From assembly GCA_013265495.1 (NCBI GenBank), contig MU057416.1, positions 676,545 to 740,544 on the forward strand: DNA of 64,000 nt. The letters are read 5' to 3'. Positions 38,721 to 52,741 of this stretch are shown piece after piece. Under the pieces are notes generated by a model. The model was not told where the DNA came from and did no database searches. It was given only the letters and a program-made list of their open reading frames with translations. The translations under genes and the position numbers were made by a program. How positions within the stretch are numbered: the first letter of the stretch is position 1; every line of letters starts with the position of its first letter. This stretch comes from Vicugna vicugna (Eukaryota).

Positions 38721-39408
38721 TGGCTACTGCTCTTGGGCATAAAAGCTACACTAAGGTATAAATGACACGTCACTCTCGAGGCTGATCTAAGCCCGTGTCT
38801 ACTGAAACAGTCTTCCACCGTGAAATCCACGTGCTTCTGTTCTCTGCTTCCCAGTCAGCTTGATTATTTGGGAAATAACATAGCACAGAGCCCTCCGATT
38901 AGATTCTCTGGACTCAGTCCTCGCAACAGAAACTGAAAGGTTTTCTGTTTGTGTTGCTTTGTGGTGCGAAGCAAATGGATTAACACGTTAGGTCCTGACT
39001 TTCTCATGTGTAAAGTAAAGAAGCTGAAGTGCCAGATGACCCCCAAGGTGTCTTTCAAGTTTTAACACTGTTGGATGAAATTCATCGTAAGTTTGACGTT
39101 ATAAACTGTCAACAGCCTCTGATAACATTTTTGTTGAATTCCAACAGGTGGAACAATCACAGCAAGACACCAATTGCTTTTAGTGGCAACTAAATGGGAC
39201 ACATGCATGTATATGAAGAGCGGGTTCCTCGCCACAGATGGACTGTGTGTTCTTGGCTCTTTAAATATGCTTCACCTAGTATGTAACAGTATTCTTAATG
39301 AATATGTCCTTCTACAGATTTTTTTCAAGAATGATTTTAACCTTAATAATTGAGGTGGATGCAGCCCTAAAAATGTATTTATAAGTTATTTTGGATGTCA
39401 GATCATAC

Positions 39409-39465
39409 TTGATCACAACGAGCATAATCAGTCTGAGAACAAATTTCATCAGTAGTTGTAAGTGT
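39409..39465 (-). pseudogene. 3' half of the L1-split exon (or a small independent exon)
   Basis: TLTTTDEICSQTDYARCDQ followed by a GTATGA donor (phase 0); abuts the 5' end of the L1 block. Confidence 0.35.
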
Positions 39466-39469
39466 CTCT

Positions 39470-42400
39470 AACCAACAGGAAACACGCAAGTTGAGCCCGA
39501 AACTTTCTCCAGTTCACTGTGTTGAGGGTTTGTAACCAGACCCCAGGGAGAGGAGACTCGGATGGAGCCCTCCCTGAGCTGAGGAGACAACACTGAAAGT
39601 ATAAGAGACAAGGGCAGCCGGAGTTTGCAGCCCAGAGTCCTGGAGGGAAGAGAGGCCCACAGAACAGGACTCTGGACGTTCGCAGGGCACTTCCCACTTC
39701 CTTCTAGCTGGTCACTGACAAGAATATGCAGATGAGGAAGCACCCCGAGGCCAGGTGAAGAACCACCTGGACGGAGTCCTCGGGGATCACGCAGGACCAG
39801 TGATGGTGGTATTCCTGCTGGCCAGGGAGGGCGAGACCTTGGGCTACCCAGGGCATTCAGGCAGAGTGCTCGGCGGGTATCAGCTCAGTTATGAGACAGA
39901 ATCATCCAAGGCTACAAGCAGCTCTGGTCCTGCCAAAAAACCTTAAGAGCAAGTCTTGAATAAATCAAATTCTCACTCTGCCCTAGAAAAATAAAACCAA
40001 AATAATAAATAGAGTGACAGGAACATGTGGGACAACTTCAAGCAGCCACATGTGCATGTGGTCAGGAGGCTTGAAGAAGAAGAGAGAGGGGTGGGCACAT
40101 AAAAATATTTGAAGAAATAACGGCTAATTTTTTTTCAAGTTTGATGAAAATTCTAAACCTACAGATCAAAGATGTTCAGTGAAGCACAAGTGAATCATTG
40201 GGAGAACAACATAAAGGCACAGCATAATCAAATTGCTCGAAACTGATGATAAAGAGAAAATATTAAAAGCAGAATAAAGAAAAAGACTTACACAGAGGAA
40301 CAAAGAGAAGAATGAAGTACTTCTTATCAAAACACAGCATGGTCAAGCAACATCTTTAAAGAATTAAAGAAACACTTGTCAGCCTAGAATTCTACGCTAT
40401 GCAAAAATATCTATCAAAAAGGAAAGTGAAATTTTTTTTTCAGACAGACGAAACCTGGAAGTATTCTTCACCAACATGTAAGAAATGTTAACGAAAATTC
40501 TTCAGGCAGAGGTAAAATAATACTGTATGGAAGTCTGTAGCTATACAAAGGAATGAAGAACATCAGAAATGGAAAAAATGTGCAGGGAAATATATACAAG
40601 ATCTTGCGGTGGCTCACACCAAAGAAGAATGCAACAGTGAATATACGTATGTTCATGGATAACTGAAAAGTTGAGCTCTACACTGGAATCTGACACAACA
40701 TTGTAAACTGACTATCACTCAGTAAAAAATAAAAATTAAAAAATAAAATTAAAAAAATGGAAAAAATGTGGACATTCTTGAAGTTTTTATTCTATTTTAA
40801 GTAACCTCACAAGATAATTAGTTGTTTAGTTCATTGACTTCTGACCAGGTGTGAAGGCAGTTCACTGGAAAAAGGACTGCTTGTGTAACAAATGATACTG
40901 GGACAACTGGATCCACATTTTTAAAAAGAGGATTATTTCCATACCTTTACAATATACAGAAATTGACTCAAAATGGATCACAGACTCAAATGGAATAGGA
41001 AAAACAGTAAAATTTGAAGGGGAAAAAAAAAGCATGGGGTAAAATCATCAAGACCTGGAGCTAGGCACAGATTTCCTAACAATGACAACAAAAGCACAAT
41101 CTGTCAAAGAAAACGTCGGTAAATTGGACCTCATGGAAATTCAAAACTTGCACACTTCAAAATGTACCATTAAGAAAAGGAAAAGCCAAGCAACAAGCTC
41201 AAGAAAATACCAGCGAAACACACATCCATAAAGGCCTCGTGTCCACAGCGTGTAACTCTCACAAGTCATACATAAGGAGCCTGGCTTGTCTTCCAAAAGC
41301 AGAAAGTGTGGGTGAGACACATGAATGGACATTTCACAAAACAAGATATATGGATAATTAACAAGTATGTTAAAAATTTGCTCTACATAATTACTCATTA
41401 GAGAAATGCAAATTAGCACTACTAAGACATACCATTTCACATATGTACGGTCATAAGAAATTAAACAAACATTAACAAATATTGATGAGAAGGTGGAGAA
41501 AATGCAACTTAAAACGTTGCTGGTAGACACAGAGAATGTTGCAATCATTTTGGAGAACAGTTTGGAAGCTTCTTAAAAAGTTAAATATAAACTCCCAATT
41601 TGGGGTTTAAAATGTAAGGATCTTGGAAGTTCCCATTTTGTCTTAACAAGAAGTGAAAAAGCTTTACAGACTAAATAAAATCAAGACCTCTTCTTGGATC
41701 CATAAGTGAGGTACAGGTCCAACCACCACCCCTAAGATTAGAGAGACAGACAAGCAAACATAGGGAGTCAAGCTTACCAGAGCAGAGATTCACCACAGGA
41801 ATAAGTGACTGGGTGGAAAAACTTGCACCAACATTGATAAATCACTATGGGCTCAGTGTGGACAACTCCAGGGTGCCCCAGTGCGAGCAGAACCCTCACA
41901 ATTACGTGAGATTTGCCTGCAGGAATTAGACCAGGTTTCCATGATATATATCAGAGAAGAATCTCTTCCTGCTTCTGGAAGGAAGGGAAAAGGAACCTCC
42001 CCTTTTGGAAACAGATCAGAGCACTCTTTTCTTCTTAGCAAGAGCTGCCCTCAGGAGAGCCAGTTAGCCAGAGCCTAACCTGCTGGGGTATCATCAGAGC
42101 CTAAATGACCCAACTCCAGGCAACTCTAGCCTTCTTCTCCCACATAAGGGGTAATAGAAAACCTGAGAAACACTTGCAGAGTTTACAGTTCAGAAGCAAA
42201 GGCTCACAAAAAGACTGAGACTTAATCATAGGGCTGTAGTAGAGTGTGTCCTCTCCCCCATCAACTCGCCATCACATAACTGAAGCCTGTCCACTTACAG
42301 CAGTTCCTTCTGGCCAGTACATCATGTCTGATTATCAAGAAGGCATACCAAAAAGGCGGGGGAAAAAACCCTCAAAATTTGAAGAGACAGAGCAAGCATT

Positions 42401-45400
42401 AGAATCAGACAGGGACATAGCAGACAGCATGCATGAGCAGATGGGCAATGTGAGCAGAGAAATTCTAAGAACGAACGAAAAAGAAATGCTAGAGAGTAAA
42501 AAGATGCCATAACATAAATGAAGAATGCCTTTGATGGGCCTATTAGCAGGCTGAATACCGCTAAGGAAATAAGTTCTAAGCCTGAGAATGTCTCAATGGA
42601 AACTTCAAACACTGAAAAGCAAAGAGCAAAAAAAGACTGAAAAACCAGAACAGAATCCCAAGGCCTGTGGGACAACAGCAAAAGGAGTAATACACACACA
42701 AAGGGAAAGCCAGAAGGAGAAGACAGAGACAAAGGAAGAGAAGAAACACATGAGACCACAACCAGACGAGGAGGAAGGTGCTGACACGGTGCCGTCACGG
42801 CCCACACTCCCAGGTGGACAGTCTGCAGATGAGGGTGACTTCATCTACAGAGGTTCTCTCCACGGAGTGGAGGATCTAAGCCCCACCTCGGGCTCCCCAG
42901 CCCGGGATCCTACACTGGGAAGATAAGCCCCCAGAACATTTGACTTTGAAGGCCAGTGGGGCTTACTTTGGGGAGAACCAGAGAGCTGTGGGAAATAGAG
43001 ATTCCACTTTTAAAAGGTGCACAAAAATCGCACATGCTCTAGGACTCAGGGCAGAAGCAGTAATTCAGAAGGATCCTGGGTCAGACCAACTTGCTAAACT
43101 TGCTAAACTTGGGGAGCCTCTTGGAGATGCAGGAAGCAGCCGAAATTCACGCTGGGATGCAGACGCCGGCAGCAGCCATCTTGTGGAGCTGATCCCTCCA
43201 CAAGGGCACTGGTGCTGGGAGCACCATTTTGGAATCCTCCCTCTAGCTTATTAGTGTTGAGACCCAGACCCACCCACCAGCCAGTTAGCACCAGTCCTGG
43301 AATACCCCAGGCCAGACAGCTATCTGGGCAGGGATGTGGCCCCACCCATCGGCAGAGCAGCACTAGCTCCTGGACCCAGCCTGACAGACCAAGGGGTAAA
43401 CACCAGCCCAGGAATCTCCTGAGCCACAACCCCACCTGCCTCTGGGCCAACAGTAACTTTGATACCCCCAGGGCTTCACAGCCAGAGAAGCCAGGACACA
43501 GCCCACTCCACCAGTGGACTGACAGTAGCACTGAGACCTGGTTTTACCCACCAGTGGCCAGACATCATTTCAAGGACCCATTGGGCCACAGCCCTGCCCA
43601 CCTGCAGTCCAGTACCAACTCTGGGGCCCCAGAACCCCAAAGCCAGAGAAGAGAAGGAGTCATGCTGCCGACAGAGAACAGTCGTAAAGCATATAGCTTT
43701 GGTTACCAGAGGGGAGTATGCTGCTGGGCCCCATAGGACACTTCCTACATAAGGCCACTTCTCCAAGATTGAAAAATATAACTAAGACACATAGAAAGCA
43801 AAACAGCAAATTAGGCCAAATGAGACAACAGAGAATTATGTTCCAAACAAAGGAACAAGATAAAACCCCAGAAGAAGAAATAAGTGAAATGAAGATAGGC
43901 AATCTACCCGATAAAGAACTTAAGGTAATGATCATAAACACACTCAAAGAACTTGGGACACGAATGGATAAATAGAGTGGGAAGTTAGAAGTTTTTTCAC
44001 AGAGAGTTAGAAAATATAAAGAAGAGCCAAATAAAACTGAATAATACAATAACTGAAATTTTAAAATACATTAGAAGGAATCAACAGAAGAGTAGATGAT
44101 ACACAGGAACAGATCAGTGAGCTGGAAGACAGAGTAATGGGAACCACTCAAGCTGAACAGAAAAAAGAAAAAAGAATTTTTTAAAATGAGGACAGTTTAA
44201 GAGACCGTTGGGACAACATCAGATGTACTGACATTCTTATTATAGGCGTCCCAGAAGCAGGAGAGAGAAAGGGGCAGAGAATATGTCAGAAGACATAGCT
44301 GAAAACTTTCCTAACCTGGGGGAGGCAACAAACATCCAGGTCCAGGAAGCAAAGAGAGTCCCAAACAGGATCAACCCGAAGAGGACCACACCAAGACACA
44401 TGGTAATCGAAATGGCAAAAAGTTAAAGTTAAGGAGAGAATACTAAAGGTAGCACGAGGAAAACGTCAAATTACGTACAAGGGACTCCCATAAAGCCATC
44501 AGATGGCTTTTCAGCAGAAACTATGCATGCCAGAAGGGAGCGGCATGCTATGTAAAGCGATGAAATGGACAAATCTACACCAAGAATACTCTGCCCAGCG
44601 AGGCCTTCATTCAGAGTTGAAGGAGAGATCAAAAGCTTTACAGACAAGCAGAAGTTAAAGGAGCTCAGTACCACGAATCCAGCTTTACAAGAAACGTTAA
44701 AGAGACTTCCTAAAGGGAAAAAGGAAGGGCCACAACTAAAACTATGAAAAATACAAAGGGCAGAATCTCCTTAGTAAGGCAAATACATAGTAAAGGTAGT
44801 AGATCAAACATTTATAAAGCTGGTAGGACACTTAAATGACAAAAGTAGTAAAATCTTCTATGTCCACAATAAGTAGTTAAGGGATACACGAAATAAAAGG
44901 ATTTAAAATATGATGTCACACAGACAGTAAATGTGGGGAGAGGAGAAGAAAAATGCAGTGTTGTTTAAATGCATTTGAATGTAAAAGATCAACAACTTGA
45001 AATAATCATATATAATGAATGTACCACTTGCTAAAGTTACTAAAAATCCTTGAATTGACATTTGAGATGGGTAGATTTTGTGATATGTAAAATATACATT
45101 AACAAATTTGTTTAAAAATGTTAATTTGCTGTTTAAAACATTTCCTATTGTAGGATTCATAACAGATGTAGAGTAAAATGTGTGACAATAGCACAAAGAC
45201 CTGGCATGGGAAAAGAAATGTGCGTGCAAGTAGACTGATGAATTACACACGTACATTCAAATACTAAAATGACAGCAAAACATTATAGCTAATAAGCCAA
45301 CAGTGGTGATAAAATTTAATTCAAAAATAGTCAGTTGATTCAAAAGAAGGCAGATCATGTGGTAAAAAGGAACAAAGAAATGAGACATATAGAAAATGAA

Positions 45401-48400
45401 TAGCAAATGGTATATTTAAACACAAACATAATGATACACATATTAAATGTAAAGGGTCTAAATAAACCATTTAAAACACAGAGACTGTCAAATATATATA
45501 TTTTATATATATATATATAAAATTTGCAATACTCAATTATATGCTGCCTACGAGAATCTATGCAAAATACAAACACAATTAGGTTAAAAGTTAAAAGAAG
45601 GAAAAAGATATATCACGCTAATACTAATCCCCCCAAAAAAACTGGGGTGGCTACATTAATATAAGAAAAAAGTTGATTCAGATTATAGAATAGTACCAGA
45701 GGTAAGGAAGGTCATTTCAATAAAAGGGTCAATTTGTGAAGAGTATGTAACAATCCTATAAGCTTGTGTACTTTATGACAGAGCTTCACAATTTATGAAG
45801 AAATGCATAATGGAATATATGACAGAGCTAAGAAGACATGCAGCAAACAATAGCTATAGTCAGTGACTTCAATATCCTTTTCTTAATAAGTGGTGGACAG
45901 AAAATCAGTTAAGGCATAGAAGACTTAAACAATACCATCAGTCACCTGGGCCTGACTGAGATTCATAGAAGACTCTACATAAAAATAGCAGAATGCAGAC
46001 TCATTAAAAAAAACTCAGTAAATTTAAAAAAACTTAAATTATCAAATTTATTATCTGACCACAGTTATTAACTTGGAAATCAGTAACAGAAGGATATCTA
46101 GAAAATACCTGAATATTTGGCAACTAAATAATATGGGTTAAAGAAGAAAGTAAAAGGAGAATTGAATGAAATAAAGTTATGAGATTCAATCAGTATTTAG
46201 ATGAAATCATTTATAGCACTAAACACCTATATTGGAAAATAAAGGTCTAAAATCAATTACCTATGCTACCAGCAAGAGACATTGAAATAAAACAGCAAAT
46301 CAAACCCCCAAAAAGCAAAAATAAGGAAATAATTAAGATAATTATAATAATTACATATAATTATATTTAATTATATGATATAGTTATATATGATTATACT
46401 GATTATATATATAATTATATATAAATATATATATTTATTACATTCAATTATGTTATTTAATAATTAAGAGAAAAAAATTAATAAAATAGAAAACATAATG
46501 TTCTGTGTTGTTTAAAGAGAAAAATCAATTCAAATAAAACACAATTGTTTCTTTGAAAAGATTGAGAACATTGATAAACCACTAGCAAGATTTTAGAAAA
46601 TAAAATAAAAGACACAAATTGCTAATATCAAGAATACGAGAGGGGTCATTACTGCAGAACCTACAATTACACCTTTAAATAAATGAATCTACAGTTAAAA
46701 ACTTCCCAAAATGGAAACCCCAGGCCTATATGGTTTCACTAGTGAATTCCATCAAATATCTAAGGAATAAATTATACCAATTCTACATAAACTCTTCCAC
46801 AAATTTGAGATAAGAGAATACTTTCCAAGCCATTCACCAAAGAGAGAATTAACTCGATTCCAAAGTGAGACAGTGAAAATTCAAGTGAATAAAACTACTG
46901 GTCATTATGCCTCATGGAGATGGATATAAAAATTCCAAACTAAAATTTAGCAAATTGGATCCAACTCTGTATTGAAAGGATAATATTCATGACCAAGTGG
47001 GGTTTATCTTGGAATAAAAGACCAGTCCAATATTTTTAAAGTAATTAATATAATTCACCATATCAACAACCTAAAGACAAAGAAGCATCCAACTTAATAG
47101 AAGAGGAAAAAATTTGACACATTTCAGCATCAACTGAAAGTAAAAATCAGTCAGCAAACTAGGAAAATAGGATCTTCTTCAATTTGATAAGGAGTATCTA
47201 TAAAAAAAGAAAAAGCTACAGCCAATATCAGACTGAATTATCAAAGACTTAATTGTTTTCCAGTAAGATCAGGAACAAAGCAAATATGTCATCTTTCACT
47301 ACTCCTATTCAGTGTTGTACCGGATAACCTAGGCAATACAATCTGACAACAAAACCAGATAAAAGGCAGACAAATTGGTAAGAAATAAAATTGTCTCTTT
47401 TTGTAGAAGAATAATTGCCTACATAGAAATTCAAAAAAATTACAAAATTGCTACTAGACTTACTAAGTGACTTGTAAAATTTCCAGGATAAAAAGTCAAG
47501 AAAAGAATCAATAGTATTTCTATGTACCAGCAATGAATAACTGGAAATTTAAGTTAAGAGCATCAAAATATATGACATACTTTGGAAAAAACCTGGCAAA
47601 ATCTGTGCAAAATCTATATACAGAGAACTACAAAATACTGATGAAAGAAATTGAAGAAGTTCTAAATAAATGGAACGATATACTATGTTCATGAATTAGA
47701 AATCCCAGCATCGTTAATATGCCAATTCTCCCCATGGTTATCTATAGGTTCAATGTAAATTCAATCAAATTCCAGCAGAATGTTTGATGGAAACTGATGT
47801 GTTAATTCCAGTATTTACATAAAAAGGCAAAGGAACAAAAAGAGCCAAAACAATTTTGTGAAAGTGAAAAGTTGGAGAATTCACACTACCTCCAATTTCA
47901 ATTCTTTAAGATAGATTGCAAAGTTGTAGTAAACAAGATAATGTGATACTGTTGAAGGGAAAGATTATAGACCAATGAAATAGAATAGAGTCCAAAAATA
48001 TAGCTCCATATATATATAATAAATTGACTTTTGATAAAGATTTGACAATGGAGAAAGGATAATTCTTTTCAACAAATTATAACATATCAATTGGACAGTC
48101 ACATATTTTTTTAAAAATGAGCCTCATCCCATGCCTTCTACCATGTGCATACCTCAACTTAATATGAATCATAGCTCTAAACTAAAAATCAAAAACCGTA
48201 GCAATGCTGGGGAAAAAATACAGGAGAAAAAATCTTCAAGATGCGACGTTAGATAAAGTTTTCTAGATGCAAGAGTAAAAGAATTAGCCATAAACAAAAG
48301 CAATTAAACTGGACTTCACCAAAATTTGAAACTTCTGTTCTTCAACAGACACTGTTAAGAGAATGAAAAGATAAGCCACAGATTAGAATTAAAGATTTTT

Positions 48401-49330
48401 AATTCACATATCTGATAAAGGATTTACATCTAGAATATGTAATACTCTAAACACAATAGTAAGAAAAGCAATAATCTGATTTTAAAATACGAAGATGACT
48501 TGTACAGACACATCACAAAAGAAGATATATCAATGGTAAATAAGCACACGAAAAAAATTCTAAATATTAATAGTCATCAGAGAAATGCAAACCAAACCAT
48601 AATGAGATACCACAACACATCTATTAGAACGGAAGTATTCACAAACAAACAAAAACTGTCAGTATCAAATGCCAGCAAAGATGTTTAAAGCAACTGGAAC
48701 TTTTCAAACATTGCTGGTAGAAACAAAATGGTACAGCCACTTTGGAAACAGTTTGGCAGTTTCTGGTAAAATTAACATACACTAACCATATAATCCAACA
48801 ATCCTCTTGCTCAGTATTTGCTCTAGAGAAATGAAAACTTACATTTACATAAACTTCTGCACACTAATGTCCATTACCCATTGACAGCCCAAAACTGGAA
48901 ACAACCAAGATGTCCTTCATATGGAGATGGAAAAACGAATTGTGGCTATTCACACAATGCAAAACAACTCAGCAAAAAGAAGAGACAAACTACTGATGTG
49001 GGTAACAATGTGGATGAATTACGTATATTGCATTTATGCAAATATGCAGAGCAGGTGCTTTAGACTGATGAGAGAAGGCAGACTTAAAAGGCTTCATACT
49101 ACAGGATTCTGTTCATACGTCATTCTGGGAAAGGCAAAACTATGGGGACAGAAATGCAACTGATTGCATTGAGATGGGCTGGTGACAGGGTGACTGTGCA
49201 AGAGCATGGGGGACTTTCTGAGGTGTGTAAGTGTTCTATATCTTGATTTTGTTTGCATATTTGTGAAAATACACAGAACTATACTCTAAAAAAGGGGAAA
49301 TACCTTGATAAAATGAGAAAAAGAAAAAAA
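39470..49330 (+). mobile_element. ~10 kb nested L1 block (old L1M pieces with an inserted L1 5'UTR-ORF1)
   Basis: Old 5' region/ORF1 39470-40570; L1-tail element ~40610-40760; ORF2 3' piece 40830-41600; second L1 5' part 41600-42750; better-preserved 5'UTR+ORF1 42750-45010 (MRQQRIMFQTKEQDKTPEEE..); decayed ORF2 and 3' UTR 45120-49330. Confidence 0.9.
46340..46465. repeat. AT-rich (TA)n-like low-complexity tract within L1
   Basis: ataattataataattacatataattatat... Confidence 0.7.
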
Positions 49331-49391
49331 GCCAGTCATTTTTCAGATATGAATACAAAGTCATTTGTATGAAAATAAAGTTCCAATAAAT
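49331..49391 (-). pseudogene. 5' half of an exon apparently cut by an L1 insertion
   Basis: ttttaaattttttattAG acceptor, phase 1; (D)LLELYFHTNDFVFISEK*L runs directly into the L1 poly-A with no donor. Confidence 0.4.
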
Positions 49392-49429
49392 CTAATAAAA
49401 AATTTAAAATTTGCCTTCTCACTAAAACC

Positions 49430-49720
49430 TATACCCGTGGCACTTCTGTGGTCGCAGGTGAACATGAGGAGGTGACGAGTCAGTGCGCACGTTCCCACCG
49501 GGGTCACACAAGGTGATGTTCCATCTTCTGTTTCAGGTGCCAAACTGTAGACAAGGATCCTTTTTCTGGTCTATTTAGTGACACATTTTTCACATTTTTT
49601 GTGCTTTTTGTTGATGATTTTGCTGTTTAAAGTGGCCCTGAAGGACAGTGCTGAAGCGCTGTCTCAGTTCGGAACGTCAGAAGACTGTGACGTGCCTTTG
49701 GGTACAGTCTTCTCATGCCT
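49430..49720. mobile_element. Tigger (Tigger4/MER46-like) DNA transposon fragment
   Basis: ggtctatttagtg.cacattttt..tttttgtgctttttgttg.tgattttgctgtttaaa.tggccc. Confidence 0.7.
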
Positions 49721-50430
49721 GATTTAAAGAGCATCTCTACCTGTAGGTCAGTTCTTGAATAAGCACGTAATATGCACAGGCTAATAAAATTAACTACTGT
49801 AAGATTTCTCTTTAAACTTAAATAGCACCTATGTAATGCATTTTGAGTTGACCTCACTTTAAGATTACTGTGTATAGTTGTAGAAGTAATATAAAGTAGG
49901 TGCTTTTATTGATATTTAATTGAATATCTTTAGAAGAACAGGGTTTAGTAACAATACAGATCATTAAAGTAGATTTTTAAATGTTCGTTTTGATAACTCT
50001 TTTATGAAGCAGGCAAATTATTATCCAGTTCCAGAGATGAAGCGTTGAGGTTCAGTGAGGTTACACCTTCAAGGTGAGAGAGCCAGTGCTCGTGGGAACA
50101 GGGCTAAACCGAGTGAGTCTTTGCCTGCAGCCACTACAAGACTGCACTGTCTGCACGGTTTTCTGTTTCTTGTTTTGTAAATGAATATTTACTTTCAAAA
50201 ATAGTCCAGAATTTCAAACTTCTTACTCCTTACCATTCACATCATTTTGCCATCACAACCAACAAATTTAGCAGAGGATAAAGTATATATTAGAAAGCTG
50301 TTCCTATAATATAATTATGTCAAAAATTAGATAATTCATTCTGTTTATTGTTCTATTCAAGCAGGAGCATTCACATGTGCTGCTTGTATAATAACAACTA
50401 AATGTCTTTTTCTTTCTAAATAAAACTTAC

Positions 50431-50623
50431 CATAATGCATTTTTCACGGGGGTGGAGGTAGTGAAGAGAATGATGTGTAACCATCTAAATATATAATGTG
50501 TTTTCCAGTTTCCACAAGGAACAAACAGCAAACTTGTTTGTCCAAGTTTCTATTAATTGTGTGTATATATCTGGTTGGTTCTGATCAACAGATGTTTTGT
50601 TTTATTTGGGCTTTATATGGTTA
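50431..50623 (-). pseudogene. Exon remnant
   Basis: ttttctgttttatcttgcaaaAG acceptor, atg|GTAAGT donor; NHIKPK*NKTSVDQNQPDIYTQLIETWTNKFAVCSLWKLENTLY, then an apparent 2-nt TA slippage to LDGYTSFSSLPPPP*KMHY. Confidence 0.55.
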
Positions 50624-50909
50624 CTTTTGCAAGATAAAACAGAAAATTCAATATGAAGATTAAAGTGATTTTGAGAAGTCTGGGTGACATTAAGGAAACT
50701 GAACATTGTTATCCAAAACTTACCCTTCCCAGGTTAATGTAAATCGAATCTGTAAACGTGGTGGGAGGGTGGGAGGAAGAGGACCTTAACTTTGGTTCTC
50801 CCTGTGAGCACGTCCAGTTACGGATTTCCCACGTTCTCTCATCTCACTTTAAGCCTTGACTTGTTTACATTGTCCAATGGGGAAATGCTACTTAAAAATA
50901 AATCAATAA

Positions 50910-51150
50910 AGGGGGTGGGAAGGGATAAATCGGGAATTCGAGATTTACAGATACTCACTACTATATATAAAATAGATAAACAACAAGTTTCTACGGTACA
51001 GCACAGGGAACTATATTCAGTATCTTAGAGTAACCTATGATGAAAGAGAATGTGAAATGGAATATACGTATGTACACTTACGCCTGAAACATGCTGTACA
51101 CCAGAAACTGACACAGTATAAACTGACTGTACTTCAATTTTTTAAAAATA
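50910..51150 (+). mobile_element. L1 3'-tail element (camelid type)
   Basis: gggtggaagggataaat.ggga.ttcgagattt..cagcacagggaactatattcagtatctt. Confidence 0.8.
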
Positions 51151-51284
51151 TTTTAAGTAAATTAAAAAGTAACTCAATAAATACCAGTTATCAGAAGAAG
51201 TAGTAAGAATTAACTCACAGCACTTAGGATCAGGGGCATTGATGCCCCAAGAAGAGCCCTTGGTCACTGTCTGCCTCCACTTAC

Positions 51285-51878
51285 CTATTTCTTTTGGCTA
51301 CAATATTTCCATCTTCTAAGCAACTCCGCCTATCTGTTGGCCACTGAAGTATTCCGCAACCCCCCAAAAGCCATTGATTTTACAAAAGCAGCATCAATAG
51401 TAATATATCAATAGCGTAATATTCTTATCTCTTTCTTTTGCAGTTACAGTTGCAGAAAACATATCACAGCTGTGTTTATAATGGCAGAAAAATTGGGTCT
51501 TAGGTGGCGGGCTGAGAACTGCAGATGTAGAATATCACTCGACACTGAACGCTTACAGTCCATTTCCAAGGAACATGCTATTCATTATTTCCTTTGATGT
51601 CATTAATCACTTTCAAGATGTATTTCTACATCCCATCTTGTCCTCCTAAATTGATTTATCTCAAAGTCCAATTAATGACTCTTCAAATCGACTTGGAAAA
51701 CAAAATTGTGTTCAGATAATAGTTGTTTTCCTTAGGAAAATACAAATTATAGTAATGTCTAATTACCATACAAAGTATAGTAACGTGTAAAAGCTGAACT
51801 CTGTCACAGAAGCGCAAATAACTTGTTTTGGATTCAGAATGCATTTCGCTAATAGTGTGATGTTTTGAAGTGAGCATT
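51285..51878 (-). pseudogene. Large exon remnant, N-arm module
   Basis: ttttttttatttttgaatAG acceptor, ag|GTAAGT donor, 594 nt (phase 2-2); RVQLLHVTILCMVIRHYYNLYFPKENNYYLNTILF, VPWKWTV, ILRY*YITIDAAFVKSMAF (compare RNF213 HLLSIDEPLFRSWF); several stops and frameshifts. Confidence 0.65.
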
Positions 51879-52039
51879 CTATTCAAAAATAAAAAAAAAG
51901 AGTCAAGCAGAAGCAACTGAATTGGGGGATTAGATTATTTACATATTTCATAGAATTTCTTTCTTTTTTCTTCACGTGGACATTTGGCATCTAAAGATAT
52001 ATTAAAAGCTTGTCCTTGGAATGATGATCTCCAGGTCCA

Positions 52040-52345
52040 TCCATGTTGATACCACTTACATGTAGAATGTAAAAAAGGACACAAATGAACTTATCTACAA
52101 AACAGAAACAGACTGACAGAGAACAAACGTATGGTTACTAGGGAGTTAAGGGGGTGGGAAGGGATAAGTTGAGAATTCAAAAATTGCACCTCTTGGGGAG
52201 TGATGGAAATGTTAGCTATCTTGATGTTATTGTGGTGGTGCGTTCATCGGTGTGTACATCTATCAAAATTTATCAAAGTGTACATCTGAAATATGTGTTG
52301 TTTACTGTACAGGAATCAGACCACAATAAAAATGTTAAAAAAAAT
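52040..52345 (+). mobile_element. L1 3' fragments
   Basis: cacaaatgaacttatctacaaaacagaaacagac, then an L1M 3' UTR end with aataaaaatg. Confidence 0.7.
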
Positions 52346-52528
52346 CTTGCCCTTCCTTTGGGGAATAAGAGCTGGGGGGACATTACCCAGAGGAGAAAGA
52401 ACTCTTGTTTGTCCTGCCTCTCCTTTGGCTTTGCATACGGAGACTAAACACAGTCTCATTTTTTGACCTTTGGCAGGCTAGCAACTTTTGGAGTAAGACC
52501 AGTGAGTAGATTTGATTTTAAAACTTAC

Positions 52529-52685
52529 CACAACTTTTCATGGACATTTATAGGCAGACACAGATGTTAACTTGTAATTAATTTGAAAGCATAATCCCAG
52601 TCTCAGAGCTATGAACCAAATCTGGACTTTCCATGGCTGTTCCATCCACACAGCCATAACTTTTCTGTATTTAATGGAATTCAGT
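52529..52685 (-). pseudogene. Exon remnant
   Basis: aaattacAG acceptor, tg|GTAAGT donor; LNSIKYRKVMAVWMEQ..., net 1-nt indel. Confidence 0.45.
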
Positions 52686-52741
52686 CTGTAATTTACTAGA
52701 AATTATTCCCATTTAGACTAGTCGAAATACTGCAATACTGT

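Noticed and set aside
42940..44750. Several 100-174 aa ORFs
   Set aside because: They lie within an L1 5' UTR and broken ORF1; not host genes.
50724..50749. Possible 26-nt micro-exon with a GTAAGT donor
   Set aside because: The flanking exons already join in phase without it; no homology.
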